Source: a virus
Length of the DNA stretch: 64,000 nucleotides
Strand: one strand, 5' to 3'
IMG/VR virus record: IMGVR_UViG_3300027908_000005
Span: 1-64,000 of that record
Below are positions 15,350 to 23,271 of the stretch, one piece after another. Position 1 is the first letter of the stretch; each line of letters starts with the position of its first letter. The position numbers and the translations under genes were made by a program. The notes beneath the pieces were generated by a model that searched no databases, had not been told where the DNA came from, and was given only the letters and a program-made list of their open reading frames with translations.

Positions 15350-15764
15350 AACTCGGTCGATTCGCAATATGCCAGAGTACGAAACGACGCAGATCCCCCA
15401 ATTTGGCGTAGCGGTGATCGTTGCGGTAAATCGTAGCAATGCCACCTTCATCATTTGGCATTTTCGCCGTCGCGTAAGAAATCACCCATTTCTTAAGGCC
15501 GAATTCATGCTGAGCCTCTCGGAGCGTTATGAACTCGGAATCGTCACGATTACGCAGAATAGATTCAGTGCGTTCTGTCAGATACTTCTGCACATTGACG
15601 AAATTCACGAATGCACTTTTGGTCGTTCGAACAACGACACGAATCGCGCCAGAGTCAACAGCCTCATAGATAATTCGATTCTGAAATTCGAATCTCCGGG
15701 CCGCATCATGGAGGGAAAGGAGATCCATATTCAGTTTATCGGCTTCGGTTCGAAACGTTCGCAT
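15327..15764 (-). CDS. hypothetical protein (possible DNA-binding)
   Basis: ATG 15764 is preceded by AAGGAGAAGG. 145 aa. Locally lower GC. Confidence 0.5.
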   Translation of the reverse strand: MRTFRTEADKLNMDLLSLHDAARRFEFQNRIIYEAVDSGAIRVVVRTTKSAFVNFVNVQKYLTERTESILRNRDDSEFITLREAQHEFGLKKWVISYATAKMPNDEGGIATIYRNDHRYAKLGDLRRFVLWHIANRPSYGEPVDA

Positions 15765-15921
15765 CTTCAGCCTTCTCCTTGTGCTCCTGCGTCCGGGGCG
15801 TATTCCAGTACGGCGTCTTACACCGGGCGCAACGAACCGGCGGCTGCTTAACCGTCGCGCGTGCCGCCCAGATATAACCGCAGCGTTCACATCGGTATCC
15901 GTCTATCTTGATCTCTGCCAT
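15736..15921 (-). CDS. zinc-ribbon protein, probably leaderless
   Basis: MAEIKIDGYRCERCGYIW ... CARCKTPYW. ATG 15921 lies 8 nt after the -10 of the promoter at 15929-15957. Confidence 0.5.
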   Translation of the reverse strand: MAEIKIDGYRCERCGYIWAARATVKQPPVRCARCKTPYWNTPRTQEHKEKAEDANVSNRSR

Positions 15922-15928
15922 ACCTGGA

Positions 15929-15957
15929 AGTGTAACATTTTTCGGTGCTATTGTCAA
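15929..15957 (-). promoter_or_regulatory. promoter TTGACA-N17-TACACT
   Basis: Minus-strand TTGACA (15957-15952) and TACACT (15934-15929), then 7 nt and ATG 15921. Adjacent to the iteron region. Confidence 0.5.
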
Positions 15958-16040
15958 GTGCCATTCAGAGTGGAGAAACTTGGTGGTGTGACAGGTTGGC
16001 CCCCGAAAAGCCTGGGAGGCTGTAGGATTCGCATTTTGTA

Positions 16041-16290
16041 CCGAAAGTGCGCCGAAAGTGCGCCGAAAGTGCGTTTAATCCCTCTCCTCACGAGGAGAAC
16101 CTGTCACACCTGTCACACCTGTCACATATAGTAAAATTCTGTTTCCTATTTACTCTCATCTTTATATCTAGTAATCGTGTGACAGGTTTACTAAACACAT
16201 ATAAAACCCGTCACAACCCTGTCACGGCGGCGTGACGGGTTGTGACGGGTTTGTGACGGGTTTGTGACGGGTTTTCAGCAAACCTGTCAC
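16041..16290. repeat. iteron array with AT-rich core: candidate replication origin
   Basis: 3x CCGAAAGTGCG (16041-16073), 3x CCTGTCACA (16100-16126), AT-rich 16127-16200, 4x GTGACGGGTT(T) (16232-16275), plus inverted copies at 16178, 16207, 16217 and 16283. Confidence 0.6.
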
Positions 16291-16319
16291 AGTCTAAAAG
16301 TAGACAAACCCGTACTCTC

Positions 16320-18722
16320 TTATCCGGGAAACTCTTTGTCATCATCCTTCTCGCTGCGTAGTCGGACGCCGGTCCAGACTCGCATCAGTACCCCGCCCTT
16401 GCGTTTCCTGTCCTGCTCACAGTGGCGTTTATTGAGACGTAGACCGAGGGCTGTGGCACTCTCGATCCTGAATCCGTTCTGTTCGCACCACGTCTTGTAA
16501 CCGCGATACAGGTCAGCCGCCGATTCCATCTCTTCGGCATCGAAGATACATTCTTCCGCCAGATAACGCCCGATGTGATCTTCCGATTGCCGATACCTCT
16601 CCAACATCTTCCGACTCTCGGAGGGTATTAGAAATCTTTGTCGTTGCTGAAGTCGTCGTAATCCAACTAATGCCCAATTAAAGATGCCGGAAATTTCCAA
16701 ATGCAATTTGTCATCCAAAGTAGAATCGCGAGAATCCTCCGGGATGTCATAACGCCATTCGATCGGGCAGATCCTGCGAAAATAGGCGTTACTCGGATCG
16801 TTGGTCGCCGGGAGGGCGTTACACGTGACGATGATTCTGCAGAAGGGGATAAATTGGAACGGTTTTTCCGTTGGGCGTCGGGCGTCGATGGGATCTTCAC
16901 CCCCAGTCAACGCCTTGAATGTACCTCCGTTTTTCTGCATCGCTTGCCGTGAGGGTTCATTAACGAGACCGACGAGTTTTCCGTAGAGGTTGGCGCGATA
17001 GTATTCGTTGTGAAGCTGGTCGATCATGATCGGAGTGGAACATTCTTCACTGACCAAATGACTAAGCACCCTGGTCGCGGTGCCCTTGCCATTCGCCCCC
17101 TCTCCGACCCAAAACATCGAAAGTTGCTGCCGATTGTCCGGAATGAGACAATAGCCGAACCACTCCTGTAATAGTTCCATCCATTCGACGCACGGTTTAC
17201 CGTCCCGTTGAATCAACCATTCGGAGAGACACCTTAACCATGTCGGACAGGTGGCGTTTACGTCGAACTCGAAAGAGGATTGACGTGTCAGCATGTTGAT
17301 AGGAGAATGAGGCAGGAGTTCTCCGGATGTCAAGTCATAGACACCATTGCGAAGGGGTATCCAATCTTTACGCGGATTGAACCGATTCAATGTGATCGGT
17401 CTCAATTCGGGTCCGACCATATTTTTGATGTTAGATGTGAACTGAGCGGTAATCGGTCGCAACTTCGCCCCCCCCGATTCCTTCAATCGTGCCAGCCAGT
17501 GATGAACTTCTGACCGTACAACTTCATGCGATGAGTAAAACCACTTGCCGGAATCATACGCCCACCATTGATCCCCTTCGACGTAGACGTATTGGCCTCG
17601 AAATTCAGCGACCCAGGCCCGCGCCAGCCCCAGATCGGAAACCTCGATCTCATCCGGCGGTTCCTCCCCCTCTGCCGACCCCTCATTGATCGCGTCCACG
17701 ATTCCCGGACTGACTTCCTCCTCTGTCGGTGGCACCGTGGTCTTACGCGTCCTCTTCACCGTCGGAACCTTCGGCGGCTCTCCATACCCCTGCCGTCCCA
17801 ACTCCGCCGCCGCCGCCGCAAAATTGCCGTTATGTTCCAGGAGGGCGTAAACGCTGAATGGTCTGTATCCCCGCTCCGGTTCGAACGGAAGGGCGTTTGT
17901 CGAGAAGATGTATAGATACCCGTGCCCCCCGTGATTGAAGGTGGCGGAGATGCCGTCGCCGCTCTTGCCGGGGCGAAGCAGGGAGACGGTCGCGCCGCGC
18001 CGATAACAGAGTTTCCAGCCGTGGGACTGCAGGAGTCTAAGGATGTCACCGCGCGCGTTATAGTCATCACCGGGGCGATTACCTTCATGGGGCGTGACTT
18101 CGCGCCGGATGTCCTCCTCGTATATCTTCTCCGGCGGTAACTCATGGAAGAGTCGCGCCATCGCCAGTAGAGCATCCAACTGATCGGCAGAGATCGTCGG
18201 GATCTCTTGAAACTTTCCGTTCATCAGACGATAGCCAGCCGATGGAGGGGCCCCAACGTATCCACCCTCACCACGCGTCTCGATAATCGCCTTCGATCCC
18301 TCCGCCATCCCGCGCGCCAGCACCTGATTATGATAGTCGCCAGACGCATAGCGCAGGTATAAATGCTCTGCGCCGCGAGGAGTCTTGACACGCACCAATG
18401 AACGCACGAGGTCACCGAGTCCGTGATCCTCGGCTGTCACCAGGAAGAGATCGTAGAGTCCGACCCGATCGAAGTCGATGATGTAGAGATTGCCGCTGAT
18501 CGATCCGCAGACGATACCGAGCCAGTCATTCCCGGCGAACCATTCTGCCCGTTCCTCGATCGTCGCGATTCGGTCTCGATAGGAATTCCATTCGACCAAA
18601 TCGGGACGTTTCGTTCCGTCCGGTTTCAGCGGAATCGTAGAGATACCGAGGGTGGCGAGGATGCAGGATGCCTGATAGGTTCGTGTGTTCGGAATTGAGG
18701 CGGTCATGACAGGAAACCTCAC
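16320..18722 (-). CDS. bifunctional primase-polymerase / SF3 (P4/D5-type) helicase
   Basis: 800 aa. N-terminal prim-pol pattern (PLKPDGTKRP ... GNLYIIDFD). Walker A GEGANGKGT in the C-terminal P4-family NTPase region. The start is GTG 18722 or ATG 18707. Confidence 0.9.
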   Translation of the reverse strand: MRFPVMTASIPNTRTYQASCILATLGISTIPLKPDGTKRPDLVEWNSYRDRIATIEERAEWFAGNDWLGIVCGSISGNLYIIDFDRVGLYDLFLVTAEDHGLGDLVRSLVRVKTPRGAEHLYLRYASGDYHNQVLARGMAEGSKAIIETRGEGGYVGAPPSAGYRLMNGKFQEIPTISADQLDALLAMARLFHELPPEKIYEEDIRREVTPHEGNRPGDDYNARGDILRLLQSHGWKLCYRRGATVSLLRPGKSGDGISATFNHGGHGYLYIFSTNALPFEPERGYRPFSVYALLEHNGNFAAAAAELGRQGYGEPPKVPTVKRTRKTTVPPTEEEVSPGIVDAINEGSAEGEEPPDEIEVSDLGLARAWVAEFRGQYVYVEGDQWWAYDSGKWFYSSHEVVRSEVHHWLARLKESGGAKLRPITAQFTSNIKNMVGPELRPITLNRFNPRKDWIPLRNGVYDLTSGELLPHSPINMLTRQSSFEFDVNATCPTWLRCLSEWLIQRDGKPCVEWMELLQEWFGYCLIPDNRQQLSMFWVGEGANGKGTATRVLSHLVSEECSTPIMIDQLHNEYYRANLYGKLVGLVNEPSRQAMQKNGGTFKALTGGEDPIDARRPTEKPFQFIPFCRIIVTCNALPATNDPSNAYFRRICPIEWRYDIPEDSRDSTLDDKLHLEISGIFNWALVGLRRLQQRQRFLIPSESRKMLERYRQSEDHIGRYLAEECIFDAEEMESAADLYRGYKTWCEQNGFRIESATALGLRLNKRHCEQDRKRKGGVLMRVWTGVRLRSEKDDDKEFPG

Positions 18723-18730
18723 GTAGAAGG

Positions 18731-18780
18731 GGCGTACAAAACGAAAACCGTGTCATCTGCCTGGCCCGCAGATGACACGG
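18731..18780 (-). terminator. intrinsic terminator/attenuator just upstream of the primase gene
   Basis: 13-bp perfect stem (18780-18768 / 18760-18748), 7-nt loop, then TTTTCGTTTT on the minus strand. Confidence 0.55.
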
Positions 18781-18860
18781 TATCGTCCCTTCAGCCCAGT
18801 GAAGGGCAAAGAAGGATGCTTGCGCGGGGCCAGCGCGCTAAACTTTATGAACTTGTGTCG

Positions 18861-18890
18861 AGTTTAGCACATTCCCGCGCGGACGGTCAA
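18861..18890 (-). promoter_or_regulatory. promoter TTGACC-N18-TAAACT
   Basis: Minus-strand hexamers at 18890-18885 and 18866-18861, immediately after the SSB-like gene stop. Confidence 0.4.
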
Positions 18891-18894
18891 GAGT

Positions 18895-19458
18895 CTATGG
18901 ACCCGGATCCTCGTCCGAAAATGGGTCTCGCTCGGTATCCTCCGGGCCGTCGTCCAAATCGTCATCCGGCTCCGGTGCCGCAACCACCGCCGGCCTCGGT
19001 GTCGTTTTCGCTGGCGGTGGTGGTGCGGCGGTGACTGCCGGGGTCGGAGCGGGCACCGCCGCCTGTGTTTTCACCCAGGGCTTGATGAAGACGATGTTCG
19101 CGTAGGTCTTCTCGCCCTTGCGTTCGTGCCTTATCTCCGCCTCGAACCATTTCCCGCAGACCTGATCGGTGTTGCCGCTCTGGTGCTCGAAGTCAACTTT
19201 GGGCATCAGCATCGACCAGAACTTCATCTGACCGTTGTTGGGGGTGAGTTCCGCCGGGGTCATGTGCCGAACCGTCTGCGCGACGCCATGCTCGTCCTTA
19301 TGTCTGGACTCGAAGATCCAGTACCAGACGGCGCTCTTGCCGTCCTCCTCTTTGGAGAACTTGCTCGTCAGCCGGTCTTCATCGACGTGATGGAGTCGGA
19401 GGTAGTGGTGCCCCTCTTGGGCGAGTTGGGCATCAAACCCTTTCTTCGCGACTGGCAT
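18895..19458 (-). CDS. putative ssDNA-binding protein with acidic C-terminal tail
   Basis: 187 aa from ATG 19458. P/A-rich linker, then an acidic tail DDDLDDGPEDTERDPFSDEDPGP reminiscent of the SSB C-terminal tip. Located upstream of the primase gene. Confidence 0.4.
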   Translation of the reverse strand: MPVAKKGFDAQLAQEGHHYLRLHHVDEDRLTSKFSKEEDGKSAVWYWIFESRHKDEHGVAQTVRHMTPAELTPNNGQMKFWSMLMPKVDFEHQSGNTDQVCGKWFEAEIRHERKGEKTYANIVFIKPWVKTQAAVPAPTPAVTAAPPPPAKTTPRPAVVAAPEPDDDLDDGPEDTERDPFSDEDPGP

Positions 19459-19726
19459 AATGTACTCGTTCCTTTCGTTGCTTGCATGTGGCACTGTGGC
19501 CGTCGTTGATCTCGGTGTTAGAAATCGAATCGGTGGCGTCCCGTCGGTGGCCTTCCCCCTCCCGCAACCGCCGGCATTCGCAGTCGATCGCCCGCGAGAG
19601 CAGTTCGCGCATGACGGCGGAGACGCTCAGTTGCCGACGCTTCGCCAGCTCACGCAGATCCCGGCGCAGTTCCGGCGAGAGATAGCAGAACTGCGCCCGT
19701 TCCCGGTATTTGTCGGTGGTCGGCAT
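19433..19726 (-). CDS. ribbon-helix-helix (CopG/Arc-like) regulator
   Basis: 97 aa. FCYLSPELRRDLRELAKRRQLSVSAVMRELLSRAI fits a beta-strand plus two helices RHH pattern. Has its own promoter and SD. Confidence 0.5.
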   Translation of the reverse strand: MPTTDKYRERAQFCYLSPELRRDLRELAKRRQLSVSAVMRELLSRAIDCECRRLREGEGHRRDATDSISNTEINDGHSATCKQRKERVHYASREERV

Positions 19727-19750
19727 TTCGGTTTGAATCTCCTCGCGAGT

Positions 19751-19779
19751 ATGATAGCAGAATAATAGGAGTGTGTCAA
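19751..19779 (-). promoter_or_regulatory. promoter TTGACA-N17-TATCAT
   Basis: Minus-strand TTGACA (19779-19774) and TATCAT (19756-19751). A 24-nt leader with GAGGAG precedes ATG 19726. Confidence 0.5.
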
Positions 19780-19991
19780 CCCCGATTTTTCATGGCTGCG
19801 ACGGTCTCCTCAATCAACGCCGCCAACTCCGCCTGCCTCGCCTTCGCCGCCGCCCACCATTCGCGTTTCTGCTCCTTGGTCAGCGGGAACTCGGCGGGGT
19901 CGTTCTGCATGAATGAGGCCAGCGACTCGATCTGACGCCCGAGGTGCCCCCAGGCTTCGAAGAGTTCCCGTTGGGTCTCGGGCTTCGTCAT
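19776..19991 (-). CDS. hypothetical protein
   Basis: ATG 19991 within track ORF 19776..20045, preceded by AAAGGAAA. 71 aa. Confidence 0.45.
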   Translation of the reverse strand: MTKPETQRELFEAWGHLGRQIESLASFMQNDPAEFPLTKEQKREWWAAAKARQAELAALIEETVAAMKNRG

Positions 19992-20025
19992 CGCAATTTC
20001 CTTTCGTTTCTCCCCCCTCACCCCC

Positions 20026-20142
20026 TCAATCTCCCGGTCGATCAACTTCCCCGAGTTCCGCGTCGGTCAGGCCGGAGGCGACGAAGTCATCGGAACAGGT
20101 TTCGCGGGCCAGATCGGTGAAGGTCCGTTCTTCAGGTTTCAT
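20026..20142 (-). CDS. small acidic protein (38 aa)
   Basis: ATGA-coupled ATG 20142 within track ORF 20026..20292. Product MKPEERTFTDLARETCSDDFVASGLTDAELGEVDRPGD. Confidence 0.35.
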   Translation of the reverse strand: MKPEERTFTDLARETCSDDFVASGLTDAELGEVDRPGD

Positions 20143-20441
20143 TGTCCGGCCTCTAATCCGCGTCGTCGTTCGACGATACGCGCCCAGGCTGCCGAAACAC
20201 TGAAATCGTATCCGCACGGATCGCACGTCAGGATCTGCGGGTGATTGCGTGACGGCGGCAGGATGTTGCTGCTGCCGCAACGCGGGCACCATGCGTCAAG
20301 GCAGACGGTCAGGAGTCGTTGTGCCTCGGCTCGGTCTTTGCACTCCTGATATTGGTGAGGTAATGGGTTTGGGCCGTGGAAGGAGACGCCCCAGTGTTGC
20401 CCGTCCTCCTCGTGGGATTCGATCAGTACGTATGGTTTCAT
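20139..20441 (-). CDS. zinc-ribbon protein
   Basis: ATGA-coupled ATG 20441. CPRCG ... CDPCG. 100 aa. Confidence 0.5.
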   Translation of the reverse strand: MKPYVLIESHEEDGQHWGVSFHGPNPLPHQYQECKDRAEAQRLLTVCLDAWCPRCGSSNILPPSRNHPQILTCDPCGYDFSVSAAWARIVERRRGLEAGQ

Positions 20442-20707
20442 TTCGGTTTGTTCTCCGGTTGTATCAGCATCGCGTAAAGTTCCTTGCACGTCGGCATCAG
20501 TGTCCCGATTTCAATATCAAGAATCTCGGCTATCTGATAGAGAGTATCGAGGGAGGGGCGTTGCCGTCCGCATTCGATGTTGACGACAGACGCTCGCGTC
20601 AGGCAAAGACAGCGGCTTAATTCCACTTGAGAGAGTCGCAATGCTTGACGCCGTTTGCGAATACGGGCACCGACAAATTCCCAGAGGTGAGGAATGGTAT
20701 CGGTCAT
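20438..20707 (-). CDS. XRE-family HTH regulator
   Basis: 89 aa. IRKRRQALRLSQVELSRCLCLTRASVVNIECGRQRPSLDTLYQIAEIL is a classic HTH_3 pattern. Confidence 0.7.
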   Translation of the reverse strand: MTDTIPHLWEFVGARIRKRRQALRLSQVELSRCLCLTRASVVNIECGRQRPSLDTLYQIAEILDIEIGTLMPTCKELYAMLIQPENKPK

Positions 20708-21120
20708 CTCTTCTCCTCCAGCGCCTTGCGCGCCCCCTCGACCGCCGACCCCCCGACCCGCAGAAACTCGCAGGCGTTCAGCAGGGCACGGAGGGCTGAT
20801 TCGAGTTCGGCGATCCGCGCCTCGGCCTTCGTGGTCTTCTCACACTGGATCGACAGCAGGAGTCTCCGGAACCTCTCACGCCGGACCTCTTCGGCGGGGC
20901 AGCCGATCTTCTGCAGGTCGGCGTCGATGTGATTGTCGATTCGGTGAATGACGTCGGCGACCGACTCCTCTACGCCGAACTCGCTACGAATGGTCTCGTA
21001 GTTCGCCAGGACGGCAACGACGGCATCGGTGGCGACGTTGGCGATCCGGTCGCAGCGTTCGCGCAGCCGGGTGCACTCGTCCTCAAGATCGGTTATGCGC
21101 TTTGTTGTATCGTCGCTCAC
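20704..21120 (-). CDS. hypothetical coiled-coil protein
   Basis: GTG 21120 overlaps the upstream stop (GTGA). The part of the track ORF upstream of this is R-rich and unlikely to be coding. Confidence 0.5.
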   Translation of the reverse strand: MSDDTTKRITDLEDECTRLRERCDRIANVATDAVVAVLANYETIRSEFGVEESVADVIHRIDNHIDADLQKIGCPAEEVRRERFRRLLLSIQCEKTTKAEARIAELESALRALLNACEFLRVGGSAVEGARKALEEKR

Positions 21121-21500
21121 GGCTTCAGCATCTCCTTCGCCTGTTCGATCACCGCCGCCCGGTAGCCGTCGAAGTCGGCGACGTCGCAGATGACGGCCAG
21201 TTGCGCTTCGAGTTCGGCGATGCGGGTCACCAGGGCCGGGTGGGCGTTGGCGACGTGAACGGCATATTCGGCATCCTGCGCCTCGTAGAACTTTCCTATG
21301 AGCGCAAACGCGCCATTTTGGTTCGGGTCGCAAATGAAATGTCGGTCCTGATCTGCGCGTGCCCACGGCAGGGGTGTCACCGGACTCGGCGTCGGCTCTG
21401 CGTCAGGTGCCGTCCGCCAGCACTCCCGCAGGCGTTCGACGTTCTCGGGGGTGAATGGGGGGACGAGACCCTCGTCGGTGGGTGTCTCATCATGGGGCAT
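21117..21500 (-). CDS. hypothetical protein (xPW-motif family)
   Basis: ATG 21500 is preceded by GAGGAGAG. 127 aa. TPLPWARAD ... HVANAHPALVTRIAELE. Confidence 0.5.
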   Translation of the reverse strand: MPHDETPTDEGLVPPFTPENVERLRECWRTAPDAEPTPSPVTPLPWARADQDRHFICDPNQNGAFALIGKFYEAQDAEYAVHVANAHPALVTRIAELEAQLAVICDVADFDGYRAAVIEQAKEMLKP

Positions 21501-21771
21501 CGTGTGTGCTCTCCTCATCTCTCCTGACGATCGCGTACGGCGTCCGCGCCTTGATAAGCCTCTGTGACGGGCGTCGCGTGCTGACCCTGACTTTGGCCCC
21601 GTCCAGATAGACGTGCCGATCGCGCCCGTCACCGGGTATCACGCCGTCCCCCTGCGTCTGGTGGATCGCGGCCAGGAGGTGCAGGTACATCAGCGTTATC
21701 AGACCTTCCGCTTCGGCGGCGATGCCGCAGATGACCTCGACGCCGGGATAATCGCGAACCGTGTGACTCAT
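21490..21771 (-). CDS. hypothetical protein
   Basis: ATGA-coupled ATG 21771 within track ORF 21490..22122. 93 aa. Confidence 0.45.
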   Translation of the reverse strand: MSHTVRDYPGVEVICGIAAEAEGLITLMYLHLLAAIHQTQGDGVIPGDGRDRHVYLDGAKVRVSTRRPSQRLIKARTPYAIVRRDEESTHDAP

Positions 21772-21998
21772 GGCGTCTCCTCTTCCCCTGCGAAACACTT
21801 CGCGCACGGCGGCAGATCCGGTTTCGGGCACGGTGAGAGTTGGCTCAGTGCCTTGATCCGTCCGCACTTGAGCAGCACGTAGTCGCCCCGAAAACCGGGA
21901 CGGACGGTCCCCATGCGGTGACGGAGCGTTCCGTGGGGGATCCGAACGGGGTCGCCGGTTTTGAGTTCGTTCGTGGTGCCTCCTCCTTGAATCGTCAT
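21768..21998 (-). CDS. small GDxVR...CxxC protein (paralogue family)
   Basis: ATGA-coupled ATG 21998. LKTGDPVRIP ... LLKCG ... PPCAKC. Same pattern as the 27539..27784 and 29083..29289 products. Confidence 0.5.
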   Translation of the reverse strand: MTIQGGGTTNELKTGDPVRIPHGTLRHRMGTVRPGFRGDYVLLKCGRIKALSQLSPCPKPDLPPCAKCFAGEEETP

Positions 21999-22345
21999 GT
22001 CGTTTGCTCTTTCCGTGGTCGCCCCCGCCTCGGGCTGTAATCCTCCCCACATCGCTGCAGCAGGACCGATACCCGCTCCCGACTGCGCCCGATGTCGGCG
22101 GCGATCTCCGACAGGGTTTCACCGGCTTGATAGCGGGCCAGCAGCTCCAGGCGGGGCGGCACGGTCCCCACGCCCCGGCGTCGCCCCGAACGACGCGGAC
22201 GGTGTTCGGGCGCGTAGCGCAGGAGGAACCGCTTCACCGCGACCCCGCCGACGCCGAAGTGGGCGCCGACCTCGGGATAGGTCAAGCCGCTGCGATAGAG
22301 TTCGGCCATCTCGGCGGCGCGGCTGGTGCGTTGGGATGGGGTCAT
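21995..22345 (-). CDS. DNA-binding protein with two HTH repeats
   Basis: 116 aa with two copies of a Y(R/Q)xGxTxxE(V/I)xAxxG motif (sigma70 region-4 / resolvase-type HTH). Confidence 0.5.
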   Translation of the reverse strand: MTPSQRTSRAAEMAELYRSGLTYPEVGAHFGVGGVAVKRFLLRYAPEHRPRRSGRRRGVGTVPPRLELLARYQAGETLSEIAADIGRSRERVSVLLQRCGEDYSPRRGRPRKEQTT

Positions 22346-22494
22346 AGGAAGTGACTCCAGCAGGCGTCGTCAATCTCCTGGTGCCGGTCTTTCCAGGAGT
22401 CCGGACGGGGCGTGTGACGGCGCTCACGGTATTCTTTGGATCGGCTACAGAGGGGGCAGACGTAGTAGGTTATGAAGTACCAACAGCCTTTCAT
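22342..22494 (-). CDS. small Cys-containing protein (50 aa)
   Basis: ATG 22494 is preceded by GGAGGA. First gene of the leftward early operon. Confidence 0.4.
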   Translation of the reverse strand: MKGCWYFITYYVCPLCSRSKEYRERRHTPRPDSWKDRHQEIDDACWSHFL

Positions 22495-22522
22495 GTCTTC
22501 CTCCGAAGAAAGTGGTATGGAA

Positions 22523-22551
22523 ATTATAACATAATCCGCTTGACAAGTCAA
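22523..22551 (-). promoter_or_regulatory. leftward early promoter TTGACT-N17-TATAAT
   Basis: Minus-strand TTGACT (22551-22546) and TATAAT (22528-22523). Its -35 abuts the rightward -35. Confidence 0.6.
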
Positions 22552-22569
22552 TAGTTGAAAGTGTATTAT
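22540..22569 (+). promoter_or_regulatory. rightward early promoter TTGACA-N18-TATTAT
   Basis: TTGACA at 22540-22545 and TATTAT at 22564-22569, then AGGAGG and ATG 22590. Confidence 0.55.
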
Positions 22570-22589
22570 AGGACAGGAGGATTCACCTT

Positions 22590-22844
22590 ATGACTCTAAT
22601 CGCCGTTCGACCTCTGCGGGAAGAGGTCGAGATCGACGCCACCGAACTGAAGTGCGCCCGGATACGCAAGGGTCTGAAACAGCACGATGCGGCGACATCA
22701 GCGGGTATTGCGAAGAATACCCTTTCCCGTCTTGAAAAGGGTGGGTATGGTCAGCCGTGCGAATGGGAGACGATTCGAAGGCTCTGTGAAGTCTACGGCA
22801 TTGCGCCGGAAAGTCTGCTGAAAAATAGTTCACAAAGTACATAG
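22590..22844 (+). CDS. XRE/Cro-type HTH regulator
   Basis: 84 aa. RIRKGLKQHDAATSAGIAKNTLSRLEKGGYGQPCEWETIRRLCEVYGI is an HTH_3 pattern. Confidence 0.7.
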   Translation: MTLIAVRPLREEVEIDATELKCARIRKGLKQHDAATSAGIAKNTLSRLEKGGYGQPCEWETIRRLCEVYGIAPESLLKNSSQST

Positions 22845-22851
22845 TTGACTA

Positions 22852-22880
22852 TTGACAACTACACTTTCAGATGATACAAT
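22852..22880 (+). promoter_or_regulatory. promoter TTGACA-N17-TACAAT
   Basis: Hexamers at 22852-22857 and 22875-22880, immediately after the XRE gene stop. Confidence 0.6.
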
Positions 22881-22917
22881 AGGCCAGTACCGAAACGCGA
22901 AGGGAGGAACCCGACCG

Positions 22918-23271
22918 ATGCCGACACCCACCGCCGTCCGAACACAACCGCGCGCCCGTCGCCTGCCGCTGACGGAAGCCTCGTTATACCGGCAGGGATA
23001 CCGCGTCCGACCCTACGGCACCGGCAAGCACTGCTGGTTCGTCGTCACCAACCCGGAGGGCGTTGAACGACTGGTCAAGCCACTGGTCGCCTCCTGTTCC
23101 TGCCCCGCCTCCGGCCCCTGTCGGCACCTGAACGGCCTGATGGGTTTGCTGCGGGAGACGTGGATCGCCCTGGGGGATGAGCGGGCGCAGGATGCGTTCG
23201 AGATCGGAACGGCGTGGGATTCGCTACGCTATGAGTTGGGATTGTTACCGGCATGGAGGGATGGGAAATGA
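22918..23271 (+). CDS. SWIM-type zinc-finger protein
   Basis: ATG 22918 is preceded by GGGAGGA. CSCPASGPCRHLNG fits the CxCxnCxH SWIM pattern. Confidence 0.5.
   Translation: MPTPTAVRTQPRARRLPLTEASLYRQGYRVRPYGTGKHCWFVVTNPEGVERLVKPLVASCSCPASGPCRHLNGLMGLLRETWIALGDERAQDAFEIGTAWDSLRYELGLLPAWRDGK

Noticed and set aside
16041-16290. Possible CRISPR array
   Set aside because: The repeats are only 9-11 nt, directly tandem without spacers, of several types and in both orientations. That is iteron architecture, and there are no cas genes.
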